The notes: generated from the letters alone by a model not told the origin. A stretch of 64,000 nt of DNA from Actinomycetota bacterium (GCA_014360645.1 JACIXD010000018.1:8638-72637); one strand, 5' to 3'. Positions 35,398-47,141 are shown, counted from the first letter of the stretch. Numbers and translations: made by a program.

Positions 35398-37218
35398 TTA
35401 GCGCCTCAGCTCACGTTTCAGGCGCTCAAGAGAATAGATCTCCTCGCTTAGCGCCTGTTCCCGGTGATGGTCTCGGCGAGGAGCGTTGGATATCTCCTGC
35501 AGCTCCTTCTTCAGCCTGTTTATTTGACGCTCGTAATAGAACTCCTTCAGCGAGGCCAGGATATCCTCATATACGGCCGCCGCCTCGTCGCGGCCCATAT
35601 TATCTACATTCCCACTCGCGTCGAAAATTAACCTCGTGGCCGCGTTCCTCGCCTGCTCGGACTCGATCCGCTCCACCACCTCCGAGGCCAGGCGCTCCCG
35701 CGAGAGGCCTTCTCCCCCCTCCGCGCCGTAACCGTCCAGGAGGGCAGGGAGAATTATAAGGCAAGCCCGGTCCTCGAACAAGCCGGCGTCTAGGTCGTTT
35801 CTCGCCTCCGCCAGCAGAAATGGCTGATGCAGCAGGAGCCGCAGCATCTCCCTTTCCGCCCGCGCCTGAGGGGGCATGGCTATGAGCTCCTCGGAGGCGG
35901 CGCGCCTGCCTGGCACCCCCCCGCGCGCCGCGCGGTAGAGGTCATAGACCGCCTGGTAACCGGAGCCCGCCCAGTCAGCTATGGCCCGGATGTGGGAGTC
36001 ATCGCCCAGCTCGCGCCCCAGTCCGGCCAGCAGATGCACCGCCCGCCGCACCCCGCGCAACCGGGAATTGGTGTCCGCCGGATCGTGCTCCTCCAGCACC
36101 TTGCGGAGGCAGAAATCCACCATGGGCTCGCTCATCTCCACCCGCCTCAGGAACTCCTCGCGTCCGTGCCTGGCAACGAAATCCGCGGGGTCCATGCCCT
36201 CCTCCAGAGTGGCCACGCGGATGTCGAGGTCGAACTCCCTGTAGAGGCCAAGGCCCCTCTCGCTGGCGCTGACCCCCGCCGCATCCGCGTCGAAGGCGAG
36301 CACCACCCGGTCGGTGAGGCGCGCGAGCAACCTGAGGTGCTCGTCGCCCAGGGCGGTGCCCAAGGTGGCCGCCGCGTTGCGGATGCCGGCCTGCCACAGC
36401 CCGATGACGTCGGTGTATCCCTCCACCAGGAGCGCGAATCCCTCGCGCACGATCTCACGCCGCGCCAGGTCCAGGGCATAGAGATGGCGGCTCTTGGTGA
36501 AGACGGGGGTCTCGGGGGAGTTCAAGTACTTGGGTTGGCCTTCGCCCAATATCCTCCCCCCGAAGGCGATGACGCGTTCCTGGAGGTCGCGGATGGGGAA
36601 GATGATGCGGCCCCGGAAACGGTCATGGATACCTTTTTCACCCCGCAGACCGAGGCCCGAGGCCATGAAATCCTGCGCGGAGAAACCCTTGCGGGTAGCC
36701 TGGCGGTAAAGGAGGTCCCAGCGATTGGGGGCGAACCCGAGCTGGAAGGCCTTCACCGCCTCCTCCTCTATGCCCCGGGAGGCCAGGTACTCCCGCGCCA
36801 CCTTTCCCGCCTCGCGGGAGAGCAGTATCTGGTGGTAAGTCTCCGCCGCCCACTGGTTGATGCGGTACAGCCGTCCCCTGCGGTCCTCCTCGCCGCCCTC
36901 CTTTCCGCTCGCGCCCTGGTAGTGGAGGGTGAACCCGATACGCCTGGCCAGCCTCTCCGCCGCCTCGCGAAAATCGAGCCCCTCCTTTTTCTTGAGGAAA
37001 GTGAAGACGTTGCCGCCCTCGCCGCAACCGAAGCAGTGATAGAGCTGCTTGGAGGGATCCACCATGAAGGACGGCGTCTTCTCGTCGTGGAAGGGGCATA
37101 GGCCTTTGAAGTAGCGCCCGGCCTTTTTGAGCTGCACGTAATCCGAGATGACCTCGACGATGTCCACCCGCTCCCGCAGGGCGTCTATGTCCTCGTCCCT
37201 TATCCTTCCCCTGGCCAT
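35398..37218 (-). CDS. dnaG: DNA primase
   Basis: Zinc ribbon [16 protein letters not shown], an RNA polymerase core and a TOPRIM domain (EGYTD, DADAAG). Confidence 0.95.
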   Translation of the reverse strand: MARGRIRDEDIDALRERVDIVEVISDYVQLKKAGRYFKGLCPFHDEKTPSFMVDPSKQLYHCFGCGEGGNVFTFLKKKEGLDFREAAERLARRIGFTLHYQGASGKEGGEEDRRGRLYRINQWAAETYHQILLSREAGKVAREYLASRGIEEEAVKAFQLGFAPNRWDLLYRQATRKGFSAQDFMASGLGLRGEKGIHDRFRGRIIFPIRDLQERVIAFGGRILGEGQPKYLNSPETPVFTKSRHLYALDLARREIVREGFALLVEGYTDVIGLWQAGIRNAAATLGTALGDEHLRLLARLTDRVVLAFDADAAGVSASERGLGLYREFDLDIRVATLEEGMDPADFVARHGREEFLRRVEMSEPMVDFCLRKVLEEHDPADTNSRLRGVRRAVHLLAGLGRELGDDSHIRAIADWAGSGYQAVYDLYRAARGGVPGRRAASEELIAMPPQARAEREMLRLLLHQPFLLAEARNDLDAGLFEDRACLIILPALLDGYGAEGGEGLSRERLASEVVERIESEQARNAATRLIFDASGNVDNMGRDEAAAVYEDILASLKEFYYERQINRLKKELQEISNAPRRDHHREQALSEEIYSLERLKRELRR

Positions 37219-37305
37219 CCGATCTCGCGCCTCACGTCTCCCTGTTCTATCCGTTCACTGGTTTCCCGGCCGCGGAAGTCGAAGCCCCGGGCCGCCATGC
37301 GTGCC

Positions 37306-38310
37306 TCACAGCTCCCCCACCCATACGCGGGGAAGGAAATGCTCGTGGTACTTGCGCATGGCGTAGCGGTCGGTCATCCCCGCCACGTAATCGCATACCC
37401 TGACCCTCAGGTCCTCGTCTCCCCCACGGTACTCCTCGGGCAACTCCCCGGGGTGCTCGAGGTAGAAATCGAAGAGGGAGCGCAGAACGGTTATGGCCTT
37501 GTCCTCCTCCTGCTTTGCTACCGAGCCTATGTACACACGCCGGAAGAGGAATTCCCGCAACTCGTCCAGGGCGTCCGCCACCCCGGGGCTCAAGCGGATA
37601 TCGTCCCGGCCGCGGCTCTGCTCCACCATGTCCCTGACCAGGGTGTCTATGCGCTGGTTGTGACGGGTCCCCAGTACCTCGAGGGTGGACCGCGGCAGGT
37701 CCGACTCCACCAGGATCCCCGCCCGGATGGCGTCGTCAATGTCGTGGTTCACGTAGGCGATGCGGTCGGCGATGCGCACCACCCTCCCCTCCAGGGTCGC
37801 CGGAAGGGGGCTGTTTCCGGTGTGGTTGAGGATGCCGTCCCTCACCTCCCAGGTGAGGTTGAGGCCCTTGCCCCCGTATTCCAGCCTCTCAACCACCCTC
37901 AGGCTCTGCTCGTTGTGGCGGAAAGGGGTGGGCGTGAGGTCGTGGAAGGCCTCCTCCCCCATGTGTCCGAAGGGGGTGTGTCCGAGGTCATGGCCCAGGG
38001 CGATGGCCTCGGTGAGGTCCTCGTTGAGGCGCAGGGCGCGGGCGATGGTGCGGGAGATCTGGCTCACCTCAAGGGTATGGGTGAGGCGGGTGCGGTAGTG
38101 GTCGCCCTCCGGGGCTAGAAAGACCTGGGTCTTGTGCTTCAGGCGCCGAAAGGACTTGCTGTGGATGATGCGGTCACGGTCGCGCATGAAACAGGTGCGC
38201 AGGGGGTCCGGCCCCTCCTCGCGCTCGCGGCCGCGGCTGTTCCTGCTGCGCACCGCGTGAGGGGAGAGCCACGCCTCCTCCCGCTCTTCGATCTCCTCCC
38301 TGACCGTCAT
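37306..38310 (-). CDS. dgt: dGTPase-like deoxyribonucleoside triphosphate triphosphohydrolase (HD domain)
   Basis: RDRDRIIHSKSFRRLKHKTQVF and H..HD motifs. Conserved position upstream of dnaG. Confidence 0.9.
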   Translation of the reverse strand: MTVREEIEEREEAWLSPHAVRSRNSRGREREEGPDPLRTCFMRDRDRIIHSKSFRRLKHKTQVFLAPEGDHYRTRLTHTLEVSQISRTIARALRLNEDLTEAIALGHDLGHTPFGHMGEEAFHDLTPTPFRHNEQSLRVVERLEYGGKGLNLTWEVRDGILNHTGNSPLPATLEGRVVRIADRIAYVNHDIDDAIRAGILVESDLPRSTLEVLGTRHNQRIDTLVRDMVEQSRGRDDIRLSPGVADALDELREFLFRRVYIGSVAKQEEDKAITVLRSLFDFYLEHPGELPEEYRGGDEDLRVRVCDYVAGMTDRYAMRKYHEHFLPRVWVGEL

Positions 38311-38577
38311 CACCCTGGTCCTCCTCGATCCATGACATCCTCTCACGAGGCCGATCCGGGGCCGCCCGGGCCTCACTGCTCACGCCAGGCCGCCGCGCCC
38401 ACGCTCCGGACCCCGCCCTTCACCCCCTCATTCCCGGCCTCCCGAGGCCGAGGGCATCGGGTTTGTAGGTTTCGAAGCGCCGCCGCGGGCGCCATGCCCT
38501 CCTCGCCCCATGTGCCAGGCCTTGACGCGCGCGCCGCCCCGTCGGCGGAGACGATGCGCCCCTGCCCCGCCCTTCCT

Positions 38578-39171
38578 CTACGCTCCTCCCGACCTCTTGA
38601 CCTCCCGGGCCAGGCGGATGCCCAGGATGCGTGCCCTCTCCAGGGCGAAGGCGTCCTCCGCGGCGGGATTCTGGGCGCATACCCCCTGGTGCCCGGCGTC
38701 GGTGTCGTCCGTGCCCTCGCCCACGATGCTCATGCCCTGGACGAGCAGCATGTCGTGCAGGGCCTTGAGGGTGGTCTCCTGACCCCCGAAGCGCGCCGCT
38801 CCCACGCTCACCGCCCCCGCCGGCTTGCCCACCAGGGAACGCCGGGTCCTGATGGCCCGGGTCTTGTCCCACAGCGCCTTCAACTGGGCGGACACGGTGC
38901 CGAAATACACCGGGCTGCCCAGCACCACCGCCGCCGCCCCCTCCAAGGCCTCGCAGGCCTCCCTCAACCCCGCGTCCTTCTCGTGGCACGCCTCCTTGCA
39001 GGGGCTGGAGCAGGCCACGCAGAAGGGATTTTTTTGCCCCTTCACGGCATCCATGACGTGCAGCAGCCTCCCTTCCACCCCCTCCGACTGCGCCGCCTCC
39101 AGCACCTTGCCCAGGAGTAGTGCGGTATTGCCCTCGCGGCGAGGGCTGCCGTTGATGGCGAGGATGTACAT
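38578..39171 (-). CDS. Flavodoxin-like NADPH-dependent FMN reductase / iron-sulfur flavoprotein-like
   Basis: N-terminal ILAINGSPRREGNT and a compact Cys motif CVACSSPCKEAC. Confidence 0.8.
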   Translation of the reverse strand: MYILAINGSPRREGNTALLLGKVLEAAQSEGVEGRLLHVMDAVKGQKNPFCVACSSPCKEACHEKDAGLREACEALEGAAAVVLGSPVYFGTVSAQLKALWDKTRAIRTRRSLVGKPAGAVSVGAARFGGQETTLKALHDMLLVQGMSIVGEGTDDTDAGHQGVCAQNPAAEDAFALERARILGIRLAREVKRSGGA

Positions 39172-39347
39172 GCGCGATCACCTCTTTTCCGCTTTAAACG
39201 CGACCACTTGGATTCTACACCCGCGGTATGTCAATATCGGGCATCTTGCGGTGACCGAGGACGGGATGCGGCCCCCTCCGTATCCCGCGCGGAGGGGTTC
39301 CGGCCGGACGCGTGCCGGCGTGCCGCGCCCTCCCCGGCCCCTACGAT

Positions 39348-39361
39348 CCCCGCCGGCGGGG
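39348..39361. other. GC palindrome CCCCGCCGGCGGGG downstream of ppdK (possible tail-less terminator hairpin)
   Basis: Perfect 14-nt palindrome 20 nt after the ppdK stop. No U-tract. Confidence 0.3.
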
Positions 39362-39380
39362 GAGCGGACCTCGCCTCACT

Positions 39381-42038
39381 CTACCTGGTGGCGTCCTGCA
39401 CGTCGCCCAGGGCGGCGTGGGCCGCCGCAAGCCTGGCCACCGGCACCCGGAAGGGCGAGCAGCTCACGTAATCCAGGCCCACCTCGTGGCAGAACCTGAT
39501 GCTGCGCGGGTCGCCGCCATGCTCGCCGCAGATGCCCAGCTTTATGCCGGGATTCGCCCCGCGTCCCAGCTCGCAGGCCATGCGCACCAGCTTGCCCACC
39601 CCATCCACGTCCAGGGTCTGGAAGGGATTGTCGGTGAGGATGCCCTCCTCGATATACACGGGGAGGAACTTGGCCTCCGCGTCGTCGCGGCTGAACCCCA
39701 GGGTGGTCTGGGTGAGATCGTTGGTGCCGAAGGAGAAGAAGTCCGCCACCTCCCCTATCTGGTCGGCGGTGAGGGCGGCCCGCGGCAGCTCGACCATCGT
39801 CCCCACCAGGTAGTCGAGCTTAGTCTGCATGGCCTCGATGACGCCCTCCGCCACCGCCACCGCCTTCTGCCGCTCGATCTCCAGCTCCTTGCGGAAGGCC
39901 ACCAGGGGGATCATGATCTCCACCCGCGGGTCCTTGCCCTTCTTCTTGAGGTCGCAGGCGGCCTTGATGATCGCGCGCACCTGCATCTCGGTGACCCCGC
40001 CCATGGTGCAACCCACGCGGCAGCCCCTCAGGCCTAGCATGGGGTTGGCCTCCGACTCCGCGCGCACCCTGGCCAGAAGCTTCTCCTTTTCCTCGTACTC
40101 CTCCCGCTCGCCCGGCACGTGCTTGAGCCTCTCCAACTCCACGCGCAGGTCCACCAGGTTGGGCAGGAACTCGTGCAGGGGCGGGTCCAGCAGGCGGATG
40201 GTCACCGGGAGGCCGTCCATGATCTCCAGGATCTCCTCGAAATCCCGACGCAGCAGCGGCTCCAGCTCCATGAGCGCCTCTTCGCGCCCATCCTCGTCCT
40301 CGGCGAGGATCATGCGCCTGACGATGGGCAAGCGGTCCTCGCCGATGAGCATGTGCTCGATGCGGCAGAGCCCTATGCCCTCTGCCCCGAAGTCCCTGGC
40401 CCTCCGCGCGTCCTCGGGGGTGTCGGCGTTGGTGCGCACCCCCAGGCGCCTGATCTCGTCCGCCCAGGAGAGCACCTTCTCCAGGTTCTCGTCCACCTTG
40501 GGCTCGATGAGCTTCACCTCTCCCAGGATGACCTTGCCGGAGGTGCCGTCTATGGTGATGGTCTCCCCTTCCCTCACCACCAGGCCGTTGACCTCGAAGA
40601 TCCTCTCCGTTTGGTTGATCTTTATCGCCTCCGCGCCGCAGATGCACGGCTTGCCCATTCCCCGCGCCACCACCGCCGCGTGGCTGGTCATACCGCCGTG
40701 GCTGGTGAGCACGCCCTGGGCGGCGATGATGCCGTGGATGTCGTCCGGGGTGGTTTCCCAGCGCACCAGGATGACCTTCTCCCCGCGCGAGCCCCTCATC
40801 TCGGCGGTATCGGCGTCGAAGACCACCTCGCCCACGGCGGCGCCGGGGGAGGCGGGAAGCCCCTTGGCGATGACCTCGTACTTCGCCTCGGGGTCCAGGC
40901 GGGGGTGCAGGAGCTGGTCGAGCTGGTCGGGCTGGATGCGGCTCACCGCCTCTTTCCTGTCGATGAGGCCGGATTCCACCATGTCCACGGCGATCTTCAG
41001 GGCCGCGGCCGCGGTGCGCTTGCCCGTCCTGGTCTGGAGCATGAAGAGCTTGCCCTGCTCGATGGTGAACTCGATGTCCTGCATGTCGCGGTAATGCCTC
41101 TCCAGCTTGTCCATGACCTGGGTGAGCTGTTCGTACAGCTCCGGCATCTCCGTGGCCAGCTCGTCGAGGCCCTTGGGGGTGCGGATGCCCGCCACCACGT
41201 CCTCGCCCTGGGCGTTCACCAGGTATTCCCCGAAACGCTTCGCCTCCCCCGTGGAGGGATTGCGGGTGAAGCACACCCCGGTGGCGGAATCGTCGCCCTT
41301 GTTGCCGAAGACCATGGTCTGCACGTTCACCGCCGTGCCCAGGTCGTGGGGGATGTCGTACTGCTTGCGGTAGGTCACGGCGCGCGGGTTGCCCCAGCTC
41401 TTGAACACCGCCTGGATGGCCAGGTCCAGCTGCTCGCGGGGGTCGGAGGGGAAGTCGCGCCCCGCCCTCTCGCGCACGATGGCCTTGAACTTTTCTACCA
41501 GGTCCTTCCAGTCCTCGGCGGTGAGCTCCACGTCGAGCTTCACCCCCCGCTCCTCCTTCTTGCGGTTGAGCTCCTCCTCGAAGAACTCGCGGCTCACGCC
41601 CATGACGATGTCCGAGAACATCTGGATGAAACGCCGGTAGGCGTCGTAGGCGAAACGCTCGTCGCCGGTCTGGGCGGCGAGCCCCTTCACGGACTCGTCG
41701 TTCAAGCCCAGGTTGAGCACGGTGTCCATCATCCCCGGCATGGATATGGCGGCCCCCGAGCGCACCGAGACCAGCAGGGGGTCGTCCTTGTCCCCCAGCC
41801 TCTTCCCCATCCTCTTCTCCAGGCGCTCCAGGTGCTCGTCTATCTCCTCCGCCAGCCCCTCGGGGTATGCGCCCTCGCGGTAGTAATGGTTGCAGGCCTC
41901 GGTGGTTATGGTGAATCCGGGGGGCACCGGGAGCCCCAGCCTGGTCATCTCCGCCAGGTTGGACCCCTTCCCGCCGAGCAGCTTCTTCATGCCGGCGTCG
42001 CCCTCGTCGAAGTCGTAGACGTACTTGGTGGATGCCAT
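39381..42038 (-). CDS. ppdK: Pyruvate, phosphate dikinase
   Basis: Full-length PPDK, including the phospho-His motif GGMTSHAAVVARGMG and a C-terminal PEP-utilising TIM barrel. ATG follows GAGGAGGAAGG. Confidence 0.95.
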   Translation of the reverse strand: MASTKYVYDFDEGDAGMKKLLGGKGSNLAEMTRLGLPVPPGFTITTEACNHYYREGAYPEGLAEEIDEHLERLEKRMGKRLGDKDDPLLVSVRSGAAISMPGMMDTVLNLGLNDESVKGLAAQTGDERFAYDAYRRFIQMFSDIVMGVSREFFEEELNRKKEERGVKLDVELTAEDWKDLVEKFKAIVRERAGRDFPSDPREQLDLAIQAVFKSWGNPRAVTYRKQYDIPHDLGTAVNVQTMVFGNKGDDSATGVCFTRNPSTGEAKRFGEYLVNAQGEDVVAGIRTPKGLDELATEMPELYEQLTQVMDKLERHYRDMQDIEFTIEQGKLFMLQTRTGKRTAAAALKIAVDMVESGLIDRKEAVSRIQPDQLDQLLHPRLDPEAKYEVIAKGLPASPGAAVGEVVFDADTAEMRGSRGEKVILVRWETTPDDIHGIIAAQGVLTSHGGMTSHAAVVARGMGKPCICGAEAIKINQTERIFEVNGLVVREGETITIDGTSGKVILGEVKLIEPKVDENLEKVLSWADEIRRLGVRTNADTPEDARRARDFGAEGIGLCRIEHMLIGEDRLPIVRRMILAEDEDGREEALMELEPLLRRDFEEILEIMDGLPVTIRLLDPPLHEFLPNLVDLRVELERLKHVPGEREEYEEKEKLLARVRAESEANPMLGLRGCRVGCTMGGVTEMQVRAIIKAACDLKKKGKDPRVEIMIPLVAFRKELEIERQKAVAVAEGVIEAMQTKLDYLVGTMVELPRAALTADQIGEVADFFSFGTNDLTQTTLGFSRDDAEAKFLPVYIEEGILTDNPFQTLDVDGVGKLVRMACELGRGANPGIKLGICGEHGGDPRSIRFCHEVGLDYVSCSPFRVPVARLAAAHAALGDVQDATR

Positions 42039-42268
42039 CTCGCCTTCCTCCTCAAGTCCGATCCCGTGCCCGGGGCCCGGTGGCCCGGTCCTCTCCATCA
42101 TCGCAACGGCGCCCCTCTCCCCTGGGGATGACGCCGGTATTCCCCCGTTCCCGCCGCCCTGCGCCCGCGGCGCGTCCCCCGCCGCGAAGGGACGCGGTTT
42201 CCCGTGGAGGCGTGGGAGAAACGAAAAACAGTCAAATTATATAGGATTTCCGGCCCAAACTCACGCCT

Positions 42269-44341
42269 TCAATCGCCCTCGGTCACCACCTGGGAGAAGT
42301 CGGCGAACTCCAGGAAGAGGGAGGCCACCCCGTTAAGCAGGGCCAGGCGGTTCTCGCGCAGAGCCTCGTCCTCGCCCATGACGAAGATGTCCTCGAAGAA
42401 GCGGTCCACCGCCGGCGCCAGCTCCAGCAGCACCCCCAGCGCCTCGCCGTGCTCTCCCGCGTCAAGGTGTGACCGCAGCGGTTCCTGGGCCCACACCAGC
42501 CGGGAGTAGAGCTCCTTTTCCGCCTCCTCGCTCAACAGGGACTCCTCCAGCGCCGTTCCGCTCCACTTGCGCGAGAGGTTGTAGCAACGCTCGAACCCGG
42601 TGTAGGCACGCTGCAACGAGCCGCGCTCCCGCGCCGCCTGCAGGGTCTCCAAGCGCCGCCTGGCCTCCCAGGGGTCGTGGGGTGCCGTGGGCATCACCGC
42701 CGCCACCAGGTCGTAATGGAAGCCCTCGTTGACGAGCATCTGCCTCCAGCGCTGGCGGCAGAACTCGGCCACCTCCCCGGCCACGCCCCCGGGATCCGAG
42801 AGGCCCAGGCCCTCCGCCGCGCGCCGCACCACCGCGGCGAAGTCCAGGTGCAGGGAGGCGGAGGTGAGGATGTTCATCACCGCCTGGGCCTGGCGCCGCA
42901 GCGCGTAGGGGTCCTCGGAGCCGGTTGGGGCGAGCCCGCTCCCGAAGCAGGCCGCCAGGTTGTCCGCCTTGTCCGCCAGGGAGAGCACCGTGCCCGCGGG
43001 CGTGCGCGGCAGCAGGTCGCCCGCGAAACGCGGCCGGTAGTGCTCCTCGATGGCCCAGGCCACCTCCTCCTCCTCGCCCGTGCGCAACGCATATATCCTG
43101 CCCATGATCCCCTGCAGGGAGGTGAACTCGATGACCATGGAGGTCACCAGGTCCGCCTTGCACAGCACGGCGGCCCTCTTCGCCCTCTCCTCCACCTCCG
43201 CTCCCAGGTGCGCCCGCTCGCAGATATCCGAGCTGAGGGCGGCCAGGCGCATGCTCTTCTCGTAGAGGCTTCCCAGGCGGGCCTGCCACACCACCGCTTT
43301 GAGGTCTTCCAGGCGCTCCTCCAAGCCGCGCCGCAGGTCCTCCTGGAAGAAAAAGGCAGCATCCTCAAGGCGCGCCCTGAGCACCCTCTCGTTGCCGCGC
43401 CTGATCACCTCCTCCCTGGCGGGGTCGCCGTTGTGCACCACCAGGAAGGCGGCAGCGATGCTCCCCCTCCCGTCCTCCACCGGGAAATAACGCTGGTGCT
43501 CCTGCATGGCCGTCTCCAGCACCTCCCGGGGCAGGCCGAGGAAGCGCTCCTCGAAACGCCCCAGGATCACATGCGGGTACTCCACCAGGTCGACCACCTC
43601 GTCGAGGGTGTCCTGGGAAGGGACGGCCCGCATGCCCGTGCCCGCGAGGGCCATCTCGATCCCCTTCATCACCGCCGCCCTGCGTTCCGCCTCGTCCGCC
43701 AGTACGCACGCCCCGCGCAGTGCCTCCCGGTAGCCAGCGGCATCCCCTACCTCCACCCCACCGGGGGACAGAAAGCGGTGGCCCCTGGTGACGCGGCCCG
43801 CGCGCATGCCCTCGAAGGACAGGGGGACCACCTCGGTGCCGTAGAGGGCGAGGAGCCAGCGCACCGGGCGGGCGAACCGGAACTCCCCGTCCCCCCAGCG
43901 CATGGACTTGCGGAAAGCGAGGGACCTTATCAGGCCGTCGAGGATCCCGGGCAGCACCTCCAGGGCGGGCTTCCCCTCCTCCTTAACGATGGCGAAGACG
44001 AACTCTCCCTTCTCCGTGGGGCGTATCTCCAGGTCCTCCACCCGCAGGCCCCGCGAACGCGCGAAGCCCTCCGCGGCCTTCGTGGGCCTCCCGTCCGGGT
44101 CGAAGGCCGCCTCCCGCGACGGGCCCCGGACCTCGGCAACCGCGTCCTCCTGCCTTTCCTCGAGGCCCCTCACCAGCAGGGCCAGCCTCCTCGGGGTGGA
44201 GTAGACCACCAGCTCCTCGTAGGCCAGGCGCTCGCGTTCCAGGGCCGCGGCGGCGTTGGCCTCCAGCTGCCTCCTCCCGTCCTGCACCGCTCCCCAGGGA
44301 AGTTCCTCGGTCCCGATCTCCAGCAGCAGGTCCCCGGCCAT
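42269..44341 (-). CDS. glyS: Glycine--tRNA ligase beta subunit
   Basis: Full-length GlyS pattern (LLLEIGTEELP start). Immediately follows glyQ. Confidence 0.95.
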   Translation of the reverse strand: MAGDLLLEIGTEELPWGAVQDGRRQLEANAAAALERERLAYEELVVYSTPRRLALLVRGLEERQEDAVAEVRGPSREAAFDPDGRPTKAAEGFARSRGLRVEDLEIRPTEKGEFVFAIVKEEGKPALEVLPGILDGLIRSLAFRKSMRWGDGEFRFARPVRWLLALYGTEVVPLSFEGMRAGRVTRGHRFLSPGGVEVGDAAGYREALRGACVLADEAERRAAVMKGIEMALAGTGMRAVPSQDTLDEVVDLVEYPHVILGRFEERFLGLPREVLETAMQEHQRYFPVEDGRGSIAAAFLVVHNGDPAREEVIRRGNERVLRARLEDAAFFFQEDLRRGLEERLEDLKAVVWQARLGSLYEKSMRLAALSSDICERAHLGAEVEERAKRAAVLCKADLVTSMVIEFTSLQGIMGRIYALRTGEEEEVAWAIEEHYRPRFAGDLLPRTPAGTVLSLADKADNLAACFGSGLAPTGSEDPYALRRQAQAVMNILTSASLHLDFAAVVRRAAEGLGLSDPGGVAGEVAEFCRQRWRQMLVNEGFHYDLVAAVMPTAPHDPWEARRRLETLQAARERGSLQRAYTGFERCYNLSRKWSGTALEESLLSEEAEKELYSRLVWAQEPLRSHLDAGEHGEALGVLLELAPAVDRFFEDIFVMGEDEALRENRLALLNGVASLFLEFADFSQVVTEGD

Positions 44342-45217
44342 TCAGGAACCCCCCTCCAGCAGCGGAAAACCCAGCTCCTCCCTCTGCGCCAGGTAGGCTG
44401 ACGCCGCGCCCCGGGCGAGGTCCCGCACCCTGGCGATGTAGGAGGTGCGCTCGGTGACGCTGATCACCCCGCGGGCGTCGAGGATGTTGAAGAGGTGCGA
44501 ACACTTGAGCACGCAGTCATAGGCGGGGAGGACCAGCCCTTTCGCCATCAGCCTCTTGGCCTCCGCCTCGTAGCGGTCGAAGAGCTCGAAGGTCAGCCCG
44601 GTGTCCGCCTCCTCGAAGCAGTATGTGCTCCATTCCACCTCCGCGGTACGCTGCAGGTCTCCGTAGGTGATCTTCTCGTTCCAGCGCAGGTCGAAGACGT
44701 TGTCCACCTCCTGCACGTACATGGCCAGACGCTCCATGCCGTAGGTCAGCTCCACCGAAACGGGACGGCAGTCCAGGGAGCCCACCTGCTGGAAATAGGT
44801 GAACTGGGTGATCTCCATGCCGTCCAGCCAGACCTCCCATCCCAGCCCCCATGCCCCCAGGGTGGGGGATTCCCAATCGTCCTCGACGAAGCGCACGTCG
44901 TGCAGGGAGGGGTCTATCCCCAGGGCACGCAGGGAGTCCAGGTACACGTCCTGCACGTCATCGGGAGACGGCTTGAGGATGACCTGGAACTGGGTGTGCT
45001 GGTGCAGGCGGTTGGGGTTCTCCGCGTAGCGGCCGTCCGTGGGGCGGCGCGAGGGCTCAACGTACGCCACCCGCCAAGGCTCCGGCCCCAGGGCGCGCAG
45101 GAAGGTGGCGGGGTTGAAGGTGCCCGCCCCCACCTCCACGTCGTAGGGCTGGACCAAGACGCAGCCGCGCCGCGTCCAGTAGGCCTGCAGGGCCATGATC
45201 ATGTCCTGAAAATACAT
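44342..45217 (-). CDS. glyQ: Glycine--tRNA ligase alpha subunit
   Basis: [14 protein letters not shown].. highly conserved GlyQ sequence. ATG follows GGGAGGT. Confidence 0.95.
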   Translation of the reverse strand: MYFQDMIMALQAYWTRRGCVLVQPYDVEVGAGTFNPATFLRALGPEPWRVAYVEPSRRPTDGRYAENPNRLHQHTQFQVILKPSPDDVQDVYLDSLRALGIDPSLHDVRFVEDDWESPTLGAWGLGWEVWLDGMEITQFTYFQQVGSLDCRPVSVELTYGMERLAMYVQEVDNVFDLRWNEKITYGDLQRTAEVEWSTYCFEEADTGLTFELFDRYEAEAKRLMAKGLVLPAYDCVLKCSHLFNILDARGVISVTERTSYIARVRDLARGAASAYLAQREELGFPLLEGGS

Positions 45218-45329
45218 GCGGTGACCTCCCGGTGCACGGATAGGCTCCCGGTGCACAGATAGGGCTATGATACCAGATAGCCGGCTCGGGTTGACAGCGT
45301 GAAAGCCTCGTGTCCCAATCCCTTGCGGA

Positions 45330-46154
45330 TCACAGTAGATCGCGGACGGATCTGGCGTCGGGAGGAACCTGGACGTTCACCTCCACGCCGAAGGCGGGGA
45401 AATCGGCGGTGATCTCCAGGCGCGCGCTCTCGGGCAGGAGGGGGATTCCCGCCACCTTGCCCAGGTCGGGGAGTTCGACATCCGCGGCGGCCGCCACCTG
45501 CCTGATGATCTCCGCGTCCTTCTGGACGCATACCTCTATGGCGACCCCCGCGCCCTCGAGATATTCAACCACCTCTTCCTCGCTCATGCCCAACGCGGCT
45601 CCCACCTCCCGCACGGCGGGAAGGGCGGCGATGGCCGGCAGGTCCGGCTTGACCGAGAAGACCTCGCAGAGGTCATCCCCCACCTTCCTCTCGCCCACCT
45701 TCTCCACCTCTTCCGCCGCGGAAACGATCTCGGGCGCGGCGCCAAGGAGGCCGGCCAGCGCGGTCACCGCCTCCTCGTCGACCCCCTGCGCTATCTCGCC
45801 TTCCAGAACATACCATTGGCCTCCGAAACGTACATATGCCCTGCCCTCCACATAACGCACCGCGACCTCCATGCCGAGGACGGTGAGCCTCGCCTCCATG
45901 TTCCCCGCCTCCATGTCCGCCCACACGTCGCCCTGCACGTTCATGCTCGTGCCCTTCTCGCCCTCCCGGGGGGATACGGACACGAAGAGCTGCGCGTGCG
46001 CGCTTCCCGCCTCCCTGGCCGCCTTCGCGGCCGCTTCCAACCTCTCCCGCGGCGGCTGCCCCTTCTTCCCGCACCCGCACAGCCATGCCGGGATCAGAAG
46101 CAGGGCGGCCAGACCGAGGGCGAGCGGGATGGCGGCGAGGGCTCTTCTCTTCAT
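45330..46154 (-). CDS. Putative lipoprotein
   Basis: Signal peptide with lipobox LCGCG. No enzymatic motifs. Confidence 0.7.
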   Translation of the reverse strand: MKRRALAAIPLALGLAALLLIPAWLCGCGKKGQPPRERLEAAAKAAREAGSAHAQLFVSVSPREGEKGTSMNVQGDVWADMEAGNMEARLTVLGMEVAVRYVEGRAYVRFGGQWYVLEGEIAQGVDEEAVTALAGLLGAAPEIVSAAEEVEKVGERKVGDDLCEVFSVKPDLPAIAALPAVREVGAALGMSEEEVVEYLEGAGVAIEVCVQKDAEIIRQVAAAADVELPDLGKVAGIPLLPESARLEITADFPAFGVEVNVQVPPDARSVRDLL

Positions 46155-46168
46155 CCCCGTGTCCTCCT

Positions 46169-47032
46169 TCAGCCCTTGTAGAGCATGGCCGGCTCGGGCC
46201 TGGTTATCTCCACTTCCTGATTATAGAGGGGGAAGGTGATCTCCATGATCATCTTCACCGTGTAGGAGGAGTCCTCCCCCTCCCCCTTCTCCACCATCTC
46301 GATGTTGTAAAGGGTGCGGCGCAGCACCAGGGTCTCCTTGTCGAACCAGTATTCGTAGTTGACGCTGGCGTCCTTCAGCTCCTGCTTGATCTCCTCGATC
46401 TTCTGCAAGGTCTCCTCGTCCAGCTGTTCCCTGTCCCCCCTGATCATGTCCAGGAACTGCTGGTTCTCCATGATGGCGTCGAAATTGGGCACCATGGCGA
46501 TATGATAGCAGTCGCGCCCGTCCACCACCTCGTCCTGGAGGCGGGTGATCTTCTGGAAGTTGTCCATGTATTCAGCGGTGTTGCGGGTGATCTCGGAGAT
46601 GCTGGGTATGCTCAGGGAGGAACCGGCTGGAAGCTCGTACCAGGTATCGCTTTCCTCCGTGCGGTAATACTGCACCCCCTCGTAGAGCACGTAATCGAAC
46701 TCCAGGTCGAAGGACGGCCACCTCACGCGGGCCTTCGCGTTGCCGCTTGCCGCGTGGTAATCTCCCTCGCCGTTGAGGGCGACCTCGCTGGTGTAGGCCT
46801 GTTTGCCGGTGGGCGGTATCACGAAGGAGTAGTCGAAGAGGTAATGGAGGGTCTTCGCCTCGTCGGTGGCGTTGAGCCCTTCCAGCATGATCTTCTCGGG
46901 AGTGGCGTTCTCGGGCAGCTCGCGCTTCAGGAGGCCTTCCCCGCTCTTCTCTCCACAGGCCGCCACCAGCAACGCGGTGGCCACCGCCAGGCAGGCCACC
47001 AGGAGGCATGCCCCCTTCCCTCTCTTGCGCAT
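46169..47032 (-). CDS. Putative lipoprotein (similar architecture to the neighbour)
   Basis: Signal peptide with lipobox VAACG. The start is taken at MRKRGKG. Confidence 0.7.
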   Translation of the reverse strand: MRKRGKGACLLVACLAVATALLVAACGEKSGEGLLKRELPENATPEKIMLEGLNATDEAKTLHYLFDYSFVIPPTGKQAYTSEVALNGEGDYHAASGNAKARVRWPSFDLEFDYVLYEGVQYYRTEESDTWYELPAGSSLSIPSISEITRNTAEYMDNFQKITRLQDEVVDGRDCYHIAMVPNFDAIMENQQFLDMIRGDREQLDEETLQKIEEIKQELKDASVNYEYWFDKETLVLRRTLYNIEMVEKGEGEDSSYTVKMIMEITFPLYNQEVEITRPEPAMLYKG

Positions 47033-47099
47033 ATCCCCTCGCTTTCTCCGCTCCCGTTCCGCCCGGCTCGCCCTAAAAATAGCATAAGGCGCGGGCAAG

Positions 47100-47127
47100 T
47101 AAAAAGGGCGGGCCCGGAGGCCCGCCC
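47100..47127 (-). terminator. Rho-independent terminator after the HD-GYP gene
   Basis: On the minus strand: GGGCGGGCC-tccg-GGCCCGCCC followed by TTTTT. Perfect 9-bp stem. Confidence 0.8.
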
Positions 47128-47141
47128 GTGGTCTCGGCCAG

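Noticed and set aside
42269-45217. Two-subunit glyQS in a putative actinobacterium as a horizontally acquired oddity.
   Set aside because: The taxonomic assignment is only an inference. Composition and codon usage of glyQS match the flanks. There is no mobile-element signature.
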